DNA of 64,000 nucleotides. Source: an uncultured Gammaproteobacteria bacterium. GTDB lineage: Bacteria > Patescibacteriota > Microgenomatia > UBA1406. Positions within the stretch are counted from its first letter, which is position 1, and each line of letters opens with the position of its first letter. This document shows positions 1 through 8,478 of the stretch, piece after piece. Below the pieces are notes generated by a model, which made no database searches, was not told the origin of the DNA, and saw nothing but the letters and a program-made list of their open reading frames with translations. The stretch is taken from assembly GCA_964414145.1 (NCBI GenBank), contig CAYPVH010000001.1, positions 82,816 to 146,815 of the forward strand, in the 5' to 3' direction. A program made the translations under genes and the position numbers.

Positions 1-75
1 GCCAATAAACCAGCAACTCATTGCTGCTGTTAATAAGTAAAAAAGAATAATATTACGTTTCTTGGATTGCCACAT
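1..75 (-). CDS. partial CDS, N-terminus only (MWQSKKRNIILFYLLTAAMSCWFIG...), runs off window start
   Basis: ATG at 75-73 on the minus strand. It is preceded by TGTTATAAT (82-90, minus) with a 6-nt spacer. The ORF is open to the window edge. Confidence 0.3.
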   Translation of the reverse strand, partial: MWQSKKRNIILFYLLTAAMSCWFIG

Positions 76-97
76 TACAATATTATAACACAGAAGC

Positions 98-538
98 TTA
101 TTTCCTCACCATTAATATCCTTGGTTGATTATCATTAAAATAGTTATCTAACCAACCCTTAATTAAGAACTTTTGTTTTAAATAGAATATCACGGCTCCA
201 CTATTTTCCGGATGAACCACTAAACTAAGTGTCTTTCCTTTCTCTATTTCCAAAAGCTTGCCAAACAAAGCAGACGCTAAACCTTTCCGCTGGTACTTAG
301 GTAATACCGCAAGCGCTACTATTTCTATTGTATTTCCTCCTTTCTTTTTATAACCAATATATCCAACTGCTTTCTTGTTTACCTTTGCTATATAAACAGT
401 AACTTTGCCAAAGTACTCCTTAAGTTCTTGTATGTTTTGAAAAACATTATCAAAATAGCGGTTAAAACACTTCTCCTCAAAGCTATATAAAATTTGCGAG
501 TCTTTTTGAATATCTGCCTGTTTAATAACCGGTTGCAT
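98..538 (-). CDS. GNAT family N-acetyltransferase
   Basis: 146 aa. Acetyl-CoA binding motif A-like segment VALAVLPKYQRKGLASALFGKLLE. Confidence 0.7.
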   Translation of the reverse strand: MQPVIKQADIQKDSQILYSFEEKCFNRYFDNVFQNIQELKEYFGKVTVYIAKVNKKAVGYIGYKKKGGNTIEIVALAVLPKYQRKGLASALFGKLLEIEKGKTLSLVVHPENSGAVIFYLKQKFLIKGWLDNYFNDNQPRILMVRK

Positions 539-540
539 TT

Positions 541-1296
541 TTAAGAGTGGAAGCCTTCATATGGCTCTCTACCTTTTTTTATTACAAATACTTTTCCGGT
601 AATTTTGTTGCCCGAATCAGAACACAAATATATAACCTGGCTAGCAATTTCTGCCGGGTTTACTGCCTCATCCATGTATTGCGGGAAATATTTTTTGTAT
701 GCATTTGTTGCAGTGTCAGAAGGAGAAATAGCATTAACCTGTATGTCTTTTCTTTTTAACTCATCTGCAAGACCAATAGTTAAATCTTCAATACCTCGCT
801 TTGAAACATAATAGGGCAACCAACCCTTAGCTCCGTTTTCAAATGTTCCCGAAATATTTATTATTTTCCCCCCGCTTCCCATTAAAGGAATAAAGCCATG
901 AGCCAATAGCGTTGGCGCAACTAAGCCTACCGCAAAGGTGTCTAAAACTACTTCTTCTGAAAAGTTTTCAAAATCAATACCAGCGTACACTTCATCTTTT
1001 CCGTGCCAAATGCCGGCTACATTAACCAAAATATCTACTCTCTTTGTTTTTTGTTTAACTGTTTTAACTAAGTTATTAATTTCCTTAGTATCCGCCAAAT
1101 CGGTAGTTATCATTTCACACTTGCCATTTACTTCTTCAATCAAAGCTTTTGTTTCAAGTAAACCAGTTCTATTGCGGGCAACTAAAAATACAACCGCCCC
1201 CGCTCTTGCTAATTCCAAAGAAATTACTTGTCCAATTCCTGTACTTGCTCCAGAAACTACAGCTACTTTTCCCAAAAACTTTGCTTCATTTTTCAT
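541..1296 (-). CDS. short-chain dehydrogenase/reductase (SDR)
   Basis: 251 aa. Cofactor motif VSGASTGIGQ (TGxxxGxG), catalytic YYVSK (YxxxK), NISG and NAISP segments. Confidence 0.85.
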   Translation of the reverse strand: MKNEAKFLGKVAVVSGASTGIGQVISLELARAGAVVFLVARNRTGLLETKALIEEVNGKCEMITTDLADTKEINNLVKTVKQKTKRVDILVNVAGIWHGKDEVYAGIDFENFSEEVVLDTFAVGLVAPTLLAHGFIPLMGSGGKIINISGTFENGAKGWLPYYVSKRGIEDLTIGLADELKRKDIQVNAISPSDTATNAYKKYFPQYMDEAVNPAEIASQVIYLCSDSGNKITGKVFVIKKGREPYEGFHS

Positions 1297-1422
1297 ATTT
1301 ATTACTTCTAATTATACCTCTCGCTTTTAATTATTCTATTATTACATATCTCACTCTTTTTACTCACATATATAACCCAAAATTTGCATTAACATGAAAA
1401 ATTAATAAGAAAGGAGAGATTA

Positions 1423-1743
1423 ATGGAAAACGCAATAAAAGACACAATGGAGTGTTACAAGGTTTGTGAAGAAACAATGAAATATTGTCATGAAATAGGT
1501 GGTAAACATGTAGAACCAATGCATATGCAAGCAATAATCGATTGCAAAGAAGCTTGCCAAATGGCTACTAGTTTTATGATTCGTGAGTCTGTAATGCACG
1601 GCGATGTTTGCCAACTTTGTGCCGATGCATGCAACAGTTGTGCAGAATCTTGTGAAAAATTTGAAAGCGACAAGGTTATGCAAAAATGTGTCGAAGTTTG
1701 CCGTAGATGTGAAGAATCGTGCAGAGAAATGGCTAGTATGTAG
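1423..1743 (+). CDS. Cys-rich four-helix-bundle protein (DUF326-like, putative metal-binding)
   Basis: 106 aa with repeated C-x3-C / C-x2-C helical spacing (CYKVCEETMKYC, CKEAC, CQLCADACNSCAESC, CVEVCRRCEESC). Strong SD AAAGGAGAG lies upstream. Confidence 0.6.
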   Translation: MENAIKDTMECYKVCEETMKYCHEIGGKHVEPMHMQAIIDCKEACQMATSFMIRESVMHGDVCQLCADACNSCAESCEKFESDKVMQKCVEVCRRCEESCREMASM

Positions 1744-1856
1744 AAAGCCATTTAGCTAATTTCTTGCTCAACAATAACGAATTACGTCCTTGTGCCACAA
1801 CATAGCACGATACAAGGTTGAATGTTTATGGATTGGTTAAATAATTTGATAATTGA

Positions 1857-1872
1857 TCCGCCAACTGGCGGA
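1857..1872. repeat. solo GC-rich hairpin TCCGCC-AACT-GGCGGA, same family as the hairpins flanking the GIY-YIG gene at 35.97 kb
   Basis: 6-bp GC stem in an otherwise AT-rich 345-bp intergenic region. It shares ATCCGCC-N4-GGCGGA and a nearby GAGCT with 36252-36275. Confidence 0.5.
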
Positions 1873-2089
1873 CGAGCTTAAAATTAGTTATTCGTATTCA
1901 ACAATAAAGCAATGTAACAATGAAACAATTGTATTTATCCTAACTCCTATTCCATATTCTTATATTCTTAAATTCATATCTTTTTTTGTTATTTGATGTT
2001 TGATTTTGATTTGTTATTTGTGTAATTTGTGAATTTGAATTTTCCCTTTATCTTAACTCTTAACTCCTAAATCTTAATATAATACTCTT

Positions 2090-2596
2090 ATGACCTATAC
2101 CATTCGCCACACAGTCCGTGTTATTTTAATAAACCGGCACAACCAAATTCTTCTACAGTTAATCGACACACCTCATGTCACCACAGAAAAAGGGGAGTAC
2201 CGCGGCCCATTTTATACTCTCTCTGGCGGGCAAATTGAACCGCGCGAAACGCCTCAGCAAACAGCAGTTCGCGAACTATACGAAGAAACAGGTATTAAAG
2301 CCAAATTTATTACTCTTGGCCCCATTATTTGGCACGAAGAATTAAAACTAATTCTCTTCGGCACTCCCACTCTGCTCAAGCAAAAATATATTGTTGCGTA
2401 CACCAAACAAATCAATACCACCTCAATCAACCAAGAAAACACCGAAAAAGAATTTACCAAGGGCCTTGAATGGTTAAATCTAACCCAAATTCAGCAAAGC
2501 CCTATTCCAATTTACCCTTCTAATCTGGCAAAATTGTTATCACCGATTCTCAAAAAACATTACCCAAAAGAACCTTTAAATATAACCAGTGGTTAG
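2090..2596 (+). CDS. NUDIX hydrolase
   Basis: Nudix box GGQIEPRETPQQTAVRELYEETGI. TATAAT at 2078-2083 sits 6 nt before the ATG. Confidence 0.8.
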   Translation: MTYTIRHTVRVILINRHNQILLQLIDTPHVTTEKGEYRGPFYTLSGGQIEPRETPQQTAVRELYEETGIKAKFITLGPIIWHEELKLILFGTPTLLKQKYIVAYTKQINTTSINQENTEKEFTKGLEWLNLTQIQQSPIPIYPSNLAKLLSPILKKHYPKEPLNITSG

Positions 2597-2611
2597 TAAA
2601 TATTCAAATTT

Positions 2612-3727
2612 TTACTTTCTAAACAAATATATCGGGTCAAATATATTGCTTTCTGCCTTGCCAAGATCGCTACTGGTTTCTACCAGCCCTTCCTTTAAGT
2701 TTACTTCGTTAAATATTGTTCTATTGTCTTTTCTAAATAAAAATAAAAACTTATGGTTAAAAATAACCGGGTAATTTATATATAAAAAATCTTTATGCTT
2801 CAGTTTAACTACCCCGTCTGCAAGTCCCGCCTTTGTAAAATGCAACAGGATTATATTATCATGGTTTGCGAGTACTACCATATTTAACTTTTCGTCAACA
2901 GAAGCAGAGTAGGCGTACTGCACTCCAATTTTTTTGCTTAAATTTTCTGGAATATTTATTACTTTTTTACTAATTTTTTCACCCACGCTTACAATCACAA
3001 TATTCGGGTGTTCGTCTATATTCTTGGGAACAAGCAAAAAATGCTTGTCAAAGTAATGAACCATTATTAAGTCCCACCAATTTACCTCTTCTACTCCAAA
3101 ATCATCAAAAGACGAAATTATTTCTCTTTTTTTTGTATTTAAATCATACGTTTCCAGCGGAATCATTGAAGGAATCGGTTCGCCCGACTGCCAAATAAAT
3201 AATCTGGAATACTTAGAATCATATTCATAAACTGTGCCCAGCATTGGGTATTTTGGAAGTTCAAAACCTTTCCACTCCTTCAATTCATTTGTGTCTGCAC
3301 TGTACTTATATACCTTGTCAACTAAATAATCACCCTTCTCAAAACTATTTATTAAATTTATAGTAATTAAAAATTTATCTTTTTCCGTTATCGACTGTTT
3401 TATGGTTGCCACATTATTTTTATTAAGCTTGCCTAAATTTATCTTTCTAAGCTTTTTAGTTTTAATATCAAAACCAAAAAGTTGCCTATTTTTTTCTAAA
3501 ACAAAATAGTCCGGAAAAACAGAATAGGTGTATTCGCTAACCAAAGAATAGTTTGCTGGTATAAGTAATTCCTTTTTCGTTAAGTTTTTATTCCATAAAT
3601 ATAAGTTCTTATTCAGTTTAAAGCCAAAAAATAATGGCTTAAATAAAAAGGTATTAAATATTAATAAAAAAACAGCAGCTAATATAGCTAGCCCAATCAA
3701 AAAAAGCAATAAAGTTATTCTTTTCAT
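2612..3727 (-). CDS. hypothetical protein with N-terminal membrane anchor
   Basis: 371-aa ORF. N-terminal TM segment ITLLLFLIGLAILAAVFLLIF. No recognisable catalytic motif. Confidence 0.55.
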   Translation of the reverse strand: MKRITLLLFLIGLAILAAVFLLIFNTFLFKPLFFGFKLNKNLYLWNKNLTKKELLIPANYSLVSEYTYSVFPDYFVLEKNRQLFGFDIKTKKLRKINLGKLNKNNVATIKQSITEKDKFLITINLINSFEKGDYLVDKVYKYSADTNELKEWKGFELPKYPMLGTVYEYDSKYSRLFIWQSGEPIPSMIPLETYDLNTKKREIISSFDDFGVEEVNWWDLIMVHYFDKHFLLVPKNIDEHPNIVIVSVGEKISKKVINIPENLSKKIGVQYAYSASVDEKLNMVVLANHDNIILLHFTKAGLADGVVKLKHKDFLYINYPVIFNHKFLFLFRKDNRTIFNEVNLKEGLVETSSDLGKAESNIFDPIYLFRK

Positions 3728-3729
3728 GC

Positions 3730-4227
3730 TTAACTTAATTTTTTCAACAGTCCCACTTCGCGCTCTACAAACCCAACCGATCTGTATAGTCCTAAGGCAT
3801 TGGAATTAAAACCGTTTGTAGTTATCCATAGTGAATCACAGCCCTTTTTTTTCAGGTATTCTTCCATTTTCTTCATCATTTGCTTGCCAATCCCTTTACC
3901 TCTATGTTCCTTGTCCAAATATACGTCACTAATTATTCCCAACTGTGTTGGCACCACCTCAAGCAAGTTTTCCTCACTTTGCTTGTCTGCCACAAACCCG
4001 GCCACAAAACCAACCGGCTTGCCTGTGTCTTCCACAATATACATTTGCCCTTGGTTGTTACTAATATTTTTCATTAATTTGCCAAAAAACACCTCTACAT
4101 ACCCCGGCATTTTTCGCATTCTTTTTATAGGGTCAATACTAACCACATGGTCATGCAGCCTTTCAAATGCCGCCTTTATAAAAGGCACGTCTGCTTCTGA
4201 GTAGCTCCGCAATCGTGTATTCATCAT
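3730..4227 (-). CDS. GNAT family N-acetyltransferase
   Basis: 165 aa. Motif A HRGKGIGKQMMKKMEEYLKKKG. Confidence 0.75.
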   Translation of the reverse strand: MMNTRLRSYSEADVPFIKAAFERLHDHVVSIDPIKRMRKMPGYVEVFFGKLMKNISNNQGQMYIVEDTGKPVGFVAGFVADKQSEENLLEVVPTQLGIISDVYLDKEHRGKGIGKQMMKKMEEYLKKKGCDSLWITTNGFNSNALGLYRSVGFVEREVGLLKKLS

Positions 4228-4259
4228 TTTTGAGTATAACAGATACAGGCAGTATCTAC

Positions 4260-5039
4260 CTAACTACAAACAGCTATTAGCGTTTTATAAAACTCTTTCT
4301 TTGCATATTTTTCCACCCAAGGTTTGTGGCCACATTTTTTTAACAATATAAACTCCATATTTTCCAACACTTTTTGCAAAGGCTTTTTTACACCCTCAAA
4401 CGGGTGTGGGTCATAGTCACCATGAATTACTACAATCGGGCATTTAATGTTTTTACCAAGTTCCAATAACTTTCCATTTGCACGCATAATTGCCGCCTCT
4501 ACCCATACTTTTTGGTATATTTCCAGATTCACTTCAACTTCATTATCAACTTCTTCTGCGCTATATGAATCGGCTTTAGAAAGCAATTGCCCTAATTCCT
4601 TTAATATTTTATTATCCGTTTCCCCCTTACTTATTCTTTCCATTAAGTTTTCCACTCTGTCTTTTTCTGCCTTTTTAAGTCGAGATAGGCGAGTGGGCAT
4701 AATACTCTTTGCATAACTTTCCTCAAATGGCCCACTACTGACTAATATTAATTTCTTCACTAATTTAGGGTATTTTGCCGCCAAAATAAATGCTAACCAT
4801 GCGCCCCAAGAATAGCCAACCAAACTAACCGGGGAATTTGTGTTTTCTTCAATCTGTTCCTTTAGCTCTTCCGCCTGATCGTTTACAGAACTTTTTGTTT
4901 GTAGCGGCTCAAGAATTCCAAAATTTCTACTCAGTTTTTCGGCTACCGGTTTTATTTCACCAGCCGCCCCCGGCCCGCCATGTACTAATAAAACAGAGTA
5001 GGGTAGTTTGCCATACTTTCTTATATTTTTATTTTTCAT
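4260..5039 (-). CDS. alpha/beta hydrolase (S33 proline-iminopeptidase-like)
   Basis: HGGPG oxyanion motif and nucleophile elbow GYSWG. The start is moved to the internal MKNKN (5039) to avoid overlapping the upstream gene. Confidence 0.75.
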   Translation of the reverse strand: MKNKNIRKYGKLPYSVLLVHGGPGAAGEIKPVAEKLSRNFGILEPLQTKSSVNDQAEELKEQIEENTNSPVSLVGYSWGAWLAFILAAKYPKLVKKLILVSSGPFEESYAKSIMPTRLSRLKKAEKDRVENLMERISKGETDNKILKELGQLLSKADSYSAEEVDNEVEVNLEIYQKVWVEAAIMRANGKLLELGKNIKCPIVVIHGDYDPHPFEGVKKPLQKVLENMEFILLKKCGHKPWVEKYAKKEFYKTLIAVCS

Positions 5040-5053
5040 AAATTGAAAGTGCG

Positions 5054-5815
5054 CTATTCCAATATATCCGGATGAATACATTTAGACAATAATAGTTCTT
5101 GCGCTTTTCCTTTGTCTTCGTCACCTATTGGCAATCTAAAAGCGGCTACATTCTTGTCTACCCACTTTATTGCTCCCTCATATTGGTCATCACTATGTGG
5201 TTTTATACATAAATCAGATCCATGTTCCGAAAAAACAGATATCACCCCATCTGCCACCGCCTCAAGTATATCTGCCATTCTGGCTACATATAGCGCAGGG
5301 TTTTCTCTAAGCATTCTGCCATACCCTTCATACGCCCATCTAATAACTTTAACGTCTCCAATTAAGCCATTTCTTGGAAATGCTGAAAGAACCTGCGCCG
5401 GCCTGTTTTTCGCCATATATTCACCGCCTCTCATCCAGCATAAATTGGGGTAGCTGGTAAGCAGTTGTTTAATCGCCGCATCTATTACCAAATTTCGCCC
5501 AGCCATTGCAATAAGCCCTGGAAGTACAAGTCCAGGACCAATTCTTCTTCCTACCGATAATTCACGTATAGCCAGTGTTTTTTGTTCTGCAGGAACTGCT
5601 TCTAACAACCCCTCGTCGGCAATAGCCCTTCCTAAACACTCAATAAAAACCCTCCCAACCGGAGAAGGATCACTTTCTCTTCTTTTAAGCAGGGCTACTC
5701 CTCTTGGCAAAACACTGGCCATTTCTGTCCAGTTATATGCGCCACCCATCCTTTTCCTTTCAACAGATATTATATCTGGTTTTGGTTGTAGAAGATTACC
5801 TTCATGCTCTTCCAT
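5054..5815 (-). CDS. hypothetical protein
   Basis: 253-aa ORF, Arg/Gly-rich. No motif recognised. Confidence 0.5.
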   Translation of the reverse strand: MEEHEGNLLQPKPDIISVERKRMGGAYNWTEMASVLPRGVALLKRRESDPSPVGRVFIECLGRAIADEGLLEAVPAEQKTLAIRELSVGRRIGPGLVLPGLIAMAGRNLVIDAAIKQLLTSYPNLCWMRGGEYMAKNRPAQVLSAFPRNGLIGDVKVIRWAYEGYGRMLRENPALYVARMADILEAVADGVISVFSEHGSDLCIKPHSDDQYEGAIKWVDKNVAAFRLPIGDEDKGKAQELLLSKCIHPDILE

Positions 5816-5893
5816 AATAAATATTTAGTTTTTATTTTTAAGATTATTAATTATTACTCAACGTATAGCAAAAATTATATCAGGATTTTATTA

Positions 5894-6220
5894 TCATCTA
5901 ATGGTTCCTGGTGATTTTTTTCTTATACCTAAAGCGCTTAGTTTTGTTTGAATAAGTCGAATTATATTCGTTCCTCTACTTTTAGGAGGCAATATAAAAC
6001 TCTTCCACCATTCCGGACAATCCCTCCAAGACTGGCAGGCACCCATAGAATCAGAAAAACCAATATTACGGTCACCGCCAAGATCAGGATATTTTTTGTA
6101 TAACTTGTCAAGTTGTTCTAGAGGAACAATATCTGCAGGACATACTTCGCGTAATCTTAACTTTTCAAGAATCCTTATTATTCTACTTGGTGGATGGAAA
6201 TCAAATTCTGGAGTCACCAT
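5894..6220 (-). CDS. hypothetical protein
   Basis: 108-aa ORF co-oriented with 5054-5815. No motif recognised. Confidence 0.4.
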   Translation of the reverse strand: MVTPEFDFHPPSRIIRILEKLRLREVCPADIVPLEQLDKLYKKYPDLGGDRNIGFSDSMGACQSWRDCPEWWKSFILPPKSRGTNIIRLIQTKLSALGIRKKSPGTIR

Positions 6221-6336
6221 TTACTTAATATAACAAATTACTGCTCCTTTTTTTGAATTAGCACTTTAATCTGTTTACCTTTTTTTATCCTATAACATTG
6301 ACCATACACATTTTTTGTGCTAAAATTGTTGTTCCA

Positions 6337-6363
6337 AGCTATCCTATAGGGTAGCTTTTTTTT
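6337..6363 (+). terminator. hairpin AGCTATCC-TATA-GGGTAGCT followed by a T-run
   Basis: Imperfect 8-bp stem followed by TTTTTTTT. No plus-strand ORF lies upstream. Confidence 0.4.
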
Positions 6364-6381
6364 ATGAACAAAAACTAAAAA

Positions 6382-6414
6382 AGACAGGTCTTTATATACT
6401 GTCTTTTTTTTTTT
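6382..6414. terminator. bidirectional terminator-like hairpin AGACAG...CTGTCT flanked by an A-run and a T-run
   Basis: 6-bp stem with an 11-nt loop, A6 upstream and T11 downstream. Confidence 0.45.
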
Positions 6415-6561
6415 GCCCTTTAACAAGCAAATCTTACAGTTAGCGGCTAGTGGAGAAAACTGAGTGGCAAAGTAGGCTATTGGAATTGCTCCAATAACCG
6501 CCTTGCTTTGCTATTCTTATTCTCTACTATAGCGCAACTGCCAAATAATATACGTATTTTC

Positions 6562-6669
6562 AATTTGAACAACCACCTTAGGTGGCAATACCTATTGTTA
6601 TCTGAATGGTTGTTCAAATTCGCCCTCTTTATGAGGGCTGTCCCCAAAAAGGGGAGAAAGGTTCGAAAG
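6562..6669 (+). promoter_or_regulatory. structured 5' leader of three hairpins, the last sequestering the SD
   Basis: Perfect 14-bp stem AATTTGAACAACCA/TGGTTGTTCAAATT (6562-6620). GCCCTC/GAGGGC at 6622-6638. TCCCC/GGGGA at 6641-6655, overlapping the SD GGGGAGAAAGG just before the ATG at 6670. Confidence 0.35.
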
Positions 6670-6854
6670 ATGAAGAAAAAAACGTTGTTCTTGGCAATGG
6701 CGGCGCTTCTCGCGCTCGCCACTCTGGCCGCTGGCCAGAAGTGGTCGCCTGGAAGGAAGCCGGCCGGCCGCACACGCTGGTCTTGGTCCGGGGTGGCCAA
6801 GACCACCCAGACGACATCGCGGCGGCGTACTACGAGGCCTGCAAGGCCAAGTAG
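6670..6854 (+). pseudogene. GC-rich small secreted-protein gene, apparently frameshifted
   Basis: ATG 6670 encodes the signal peptide MKKKTLFLAMAALLALATLAAGQ. From about 6740 the GC3-rich coding frame is the -1 frame (EVVAWKEAGRPHTLVLVRGGQDHPDDIAAAYYEACKAK*), whose stop at 6852-6854 lies just before a strong terminator. Confidence 0.45.
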
Positions 6855-6866
6855 TCGCCACGCCAG

Positions 6867-6899
6867 GGGCACCGGGCTGGCCCAGCCCGGTGCCCTTTT
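6867..6899 (+). terminator. rho-independent terminator
   Basis: 13-bp GC stem GGGCACCGGGCTG/CAGCCCGGTGCCC with a 3-nt loop, followed by TTTT. Confidence 0.7.
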
Positions 6900-7010
6900 C
6901 CAAAATGGGCCAAAAGAGGCGTATAGAAATAGGCAGTTGCGCTTCTTTTGTTACTTTTTAAACATAGTTTTAAAGAGTGGCAAAAGGAAAGATAGTCAAC
7001 TTCAAAAGAG

Positions 7011-7388
7011 TTATTTGATAAACCTTTCCCCTAAGTATCCCAGAAGCACCCCAAGAAGTAATGTCATAACAAATATCGGTATTAAACTCGCTGGATTTCC
7101 CCAGCCAATAAGTATGGCCGAAGGTAATAAAACTAAAAAGGGAATTATTACGCCCTTTAGAATCCCACTACAGTTACAATCTACTTTAGTTATCAATAGT
7201 CCAGAAACTACCCAAAGTGTAAAAGCAGACAAATTCGCGTCCCATGTTAGGTTTTGTAACACCATCGGCACCACATCTATCAAGCCTATAAATGCCCCTA
7301 TCAAAATACCTCTTAAAGTTTTATTCATGCCCTTTATATTAATATCTATTTCTTTCCTGCCTCTTGTGCTAAACAATATTTTTCTCAT
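7011..7388 (-). CDS. small multi-pass membrane protein
   Basis: 125-aa ORF with about 4 hydrophobic segments. An alternative start is MNKTL at 7328. Confidence 0.55.
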   Translation of the reverse strand: MRKILFSTRGRKEIDINIKGMNKTLRGILIGAFIGLIDVVPMVLQNLTWDANLSAFTLWVVSGLLITKVDCNCSGILKGVIIPFLVLLPSAILIGWGNPASLIPIFVMTLLLGVLLGYLGERFIK

Positions 7389-7394
7389 AAATTT

Positions 7395-7802
7395 TTATAC
7401 TTCTTTTAAATTATATGCCTCATCTATCCACTTTATTAACTCTGCGTTTATCTCTTCTTTCTTGTGAATATCAATGCAATTTTTATAATATTTCTTGGTT
7501 ACTGGTACGCTCTGTTTTAATCGCTTGCTTTTTAGTACTCGGCTTAGGCCAAATCTTACTTCTATTCTGTCTTTTTTTGGCAAAATCGCCAAAAAATCGT
7601 ACTTGCCAAACAGGTGTATACAGCAGGGGAGCGAAATAACTTTACATTTGCCAATGTTACTTTCAATTTTCCGAAATAAATAATCAAACAACTCTTTAGC
7701 TTTTTCCTTATGTTTAAAATGCACTTCAATTGCAACTTTTTTACAGCTGTGTGGCTGATTTACTTTTTGGAATATTCTTTCGCACTTTGAACAAGTCCAC
7801 AT
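7395..7802 (-). CDS. DUF5655-like protein with N-terminal zinc-ribbon (MWTCSKC...HSC)
   Basis: 135 aa. The family name is recalled from the N-terminal MWTC.KC....NQ.HSC signature only. Confidence 0.45.
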   Translation of the reverse strand: MWTCSKCERIFQKVNQPHSCKKVAIEVHFKHKEKAKELFDYLFRKIESNIGKCKVISLPCCIHLFGKYDFLAILPKKDRIEVRFGLSRVLKSKRLKQSVPVTKKYYKNCIDIHKKEEINAELIKWIDEAYNLKEV

Positions 7803-7918
7803 ACTTCTATTTTATCAGTATCAAATCAGATAATACATAAAATATTATCCTTATATACCAAAGCTTTACTTAAGCCTCTATTGTGCTGCTATAATAGAGT
7901 ATCAATACTAAACCAAGT

Positions 7919-8242
7919 ATGAAAACTGTCACAAAAAAAACAATATTTAAATTAGAAAATTTAGAAGCCTTATTGCTAATACTTTGTATTATTACTACTA
8001 TCTTTGTTTTTAAATCTGTAGTCTTATATTTAAAGGTTACCGGGTTAATAATAATGTTATTTTCGGGAATTAAGTTTTATTTTGGCAAAACAAAAGCTAT
8101 CTATGCCAATTCCTGGCCAGCTGGAAAATATTTAACTGGTAAAAATGCAAGAAAATACCTGATTCAAAATTTAATTTTTGGATTAATAATTTTTTTTTCC
8201 TATGAACTAACTTTATTTATCACAAGTATTGTTGTAAAGTGA
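7919..8242 (+). CDS. small membrane protein
   Basis: 107 aa with 3 hydrophobic segments. TGCTATAAT at 7887-7895 lies upstream. Confidence 0.45.
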   Translation: MKTVTKKTIFKLENLEALLLILCIITTIFVFKSVVLYLKVTGLIIMLFSGIKFYFGKTKAIYANSWPAGKYLTGKNARKYLIQNLIFGLIIFFSYELTLFITSIVVK

Positions 8243-8284
8243 TAAGGTTTTGAATTTATAAAATCTGTATGCTATTAAGGTTAA

Positions 8285-8413
8285 GTGGAAGTGATTAACT
8301 ATATATCACCAAATTGCTTAAGAACGGCAAGCTCAGGAATCTATACAAACTGCGGAAATGAAAAATGTGGAATAGAAAACAACCCCTGCAACTGCCCAGA
8401 AGATTGTAAGTAG
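8285..8413 (+). CDS. possible 42-aa Cys-rich peptide (..CGNEKCGIENNPCNCPEDCK)
   Basis: GTG-initiated short ORF absent from the track. Six Cys are arranged in a CGxxxCxxxxxxCxCPxDC pattern. No signal peptide and only a weak RBS. Confidence 0.2.
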   Translation: MEVINYISPNCLRTASSGIYTNCGNEKCGIENNPCNCPEDCK

Positions 8414-8478
8414 AAATTTTCAGTTAAATCTAAAGTTATATTTGCTCTTATCTTTTTCTTTTTATAAACTTTTATTAT

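Noticed and set aside
6477-6903. Three minus-strand ORFs (131, 101 and 62 aa) and the 82-aa plus-strand ORF across the GC islet
   Set aside because: High GC suppresses stop codons in all frames. The minus-strand ORFs have Arg/Pro/Gly-rich nonsense composition and no start context. The 6606 plus-strand ORF is real only in its 3' part, which is used in the frameshift model.
6508-7467. 319-aa plus-strand ORF from the track
   Set aside because: It is an artefact. It starts in the AT-rich leader and passes through the GC islet in the signal-peptide frame. It then continues antisense across the membrane-protein gene at 7011-7388 with low-complexity translation. Only the first 25 codons or so after ATG 6670 look real.
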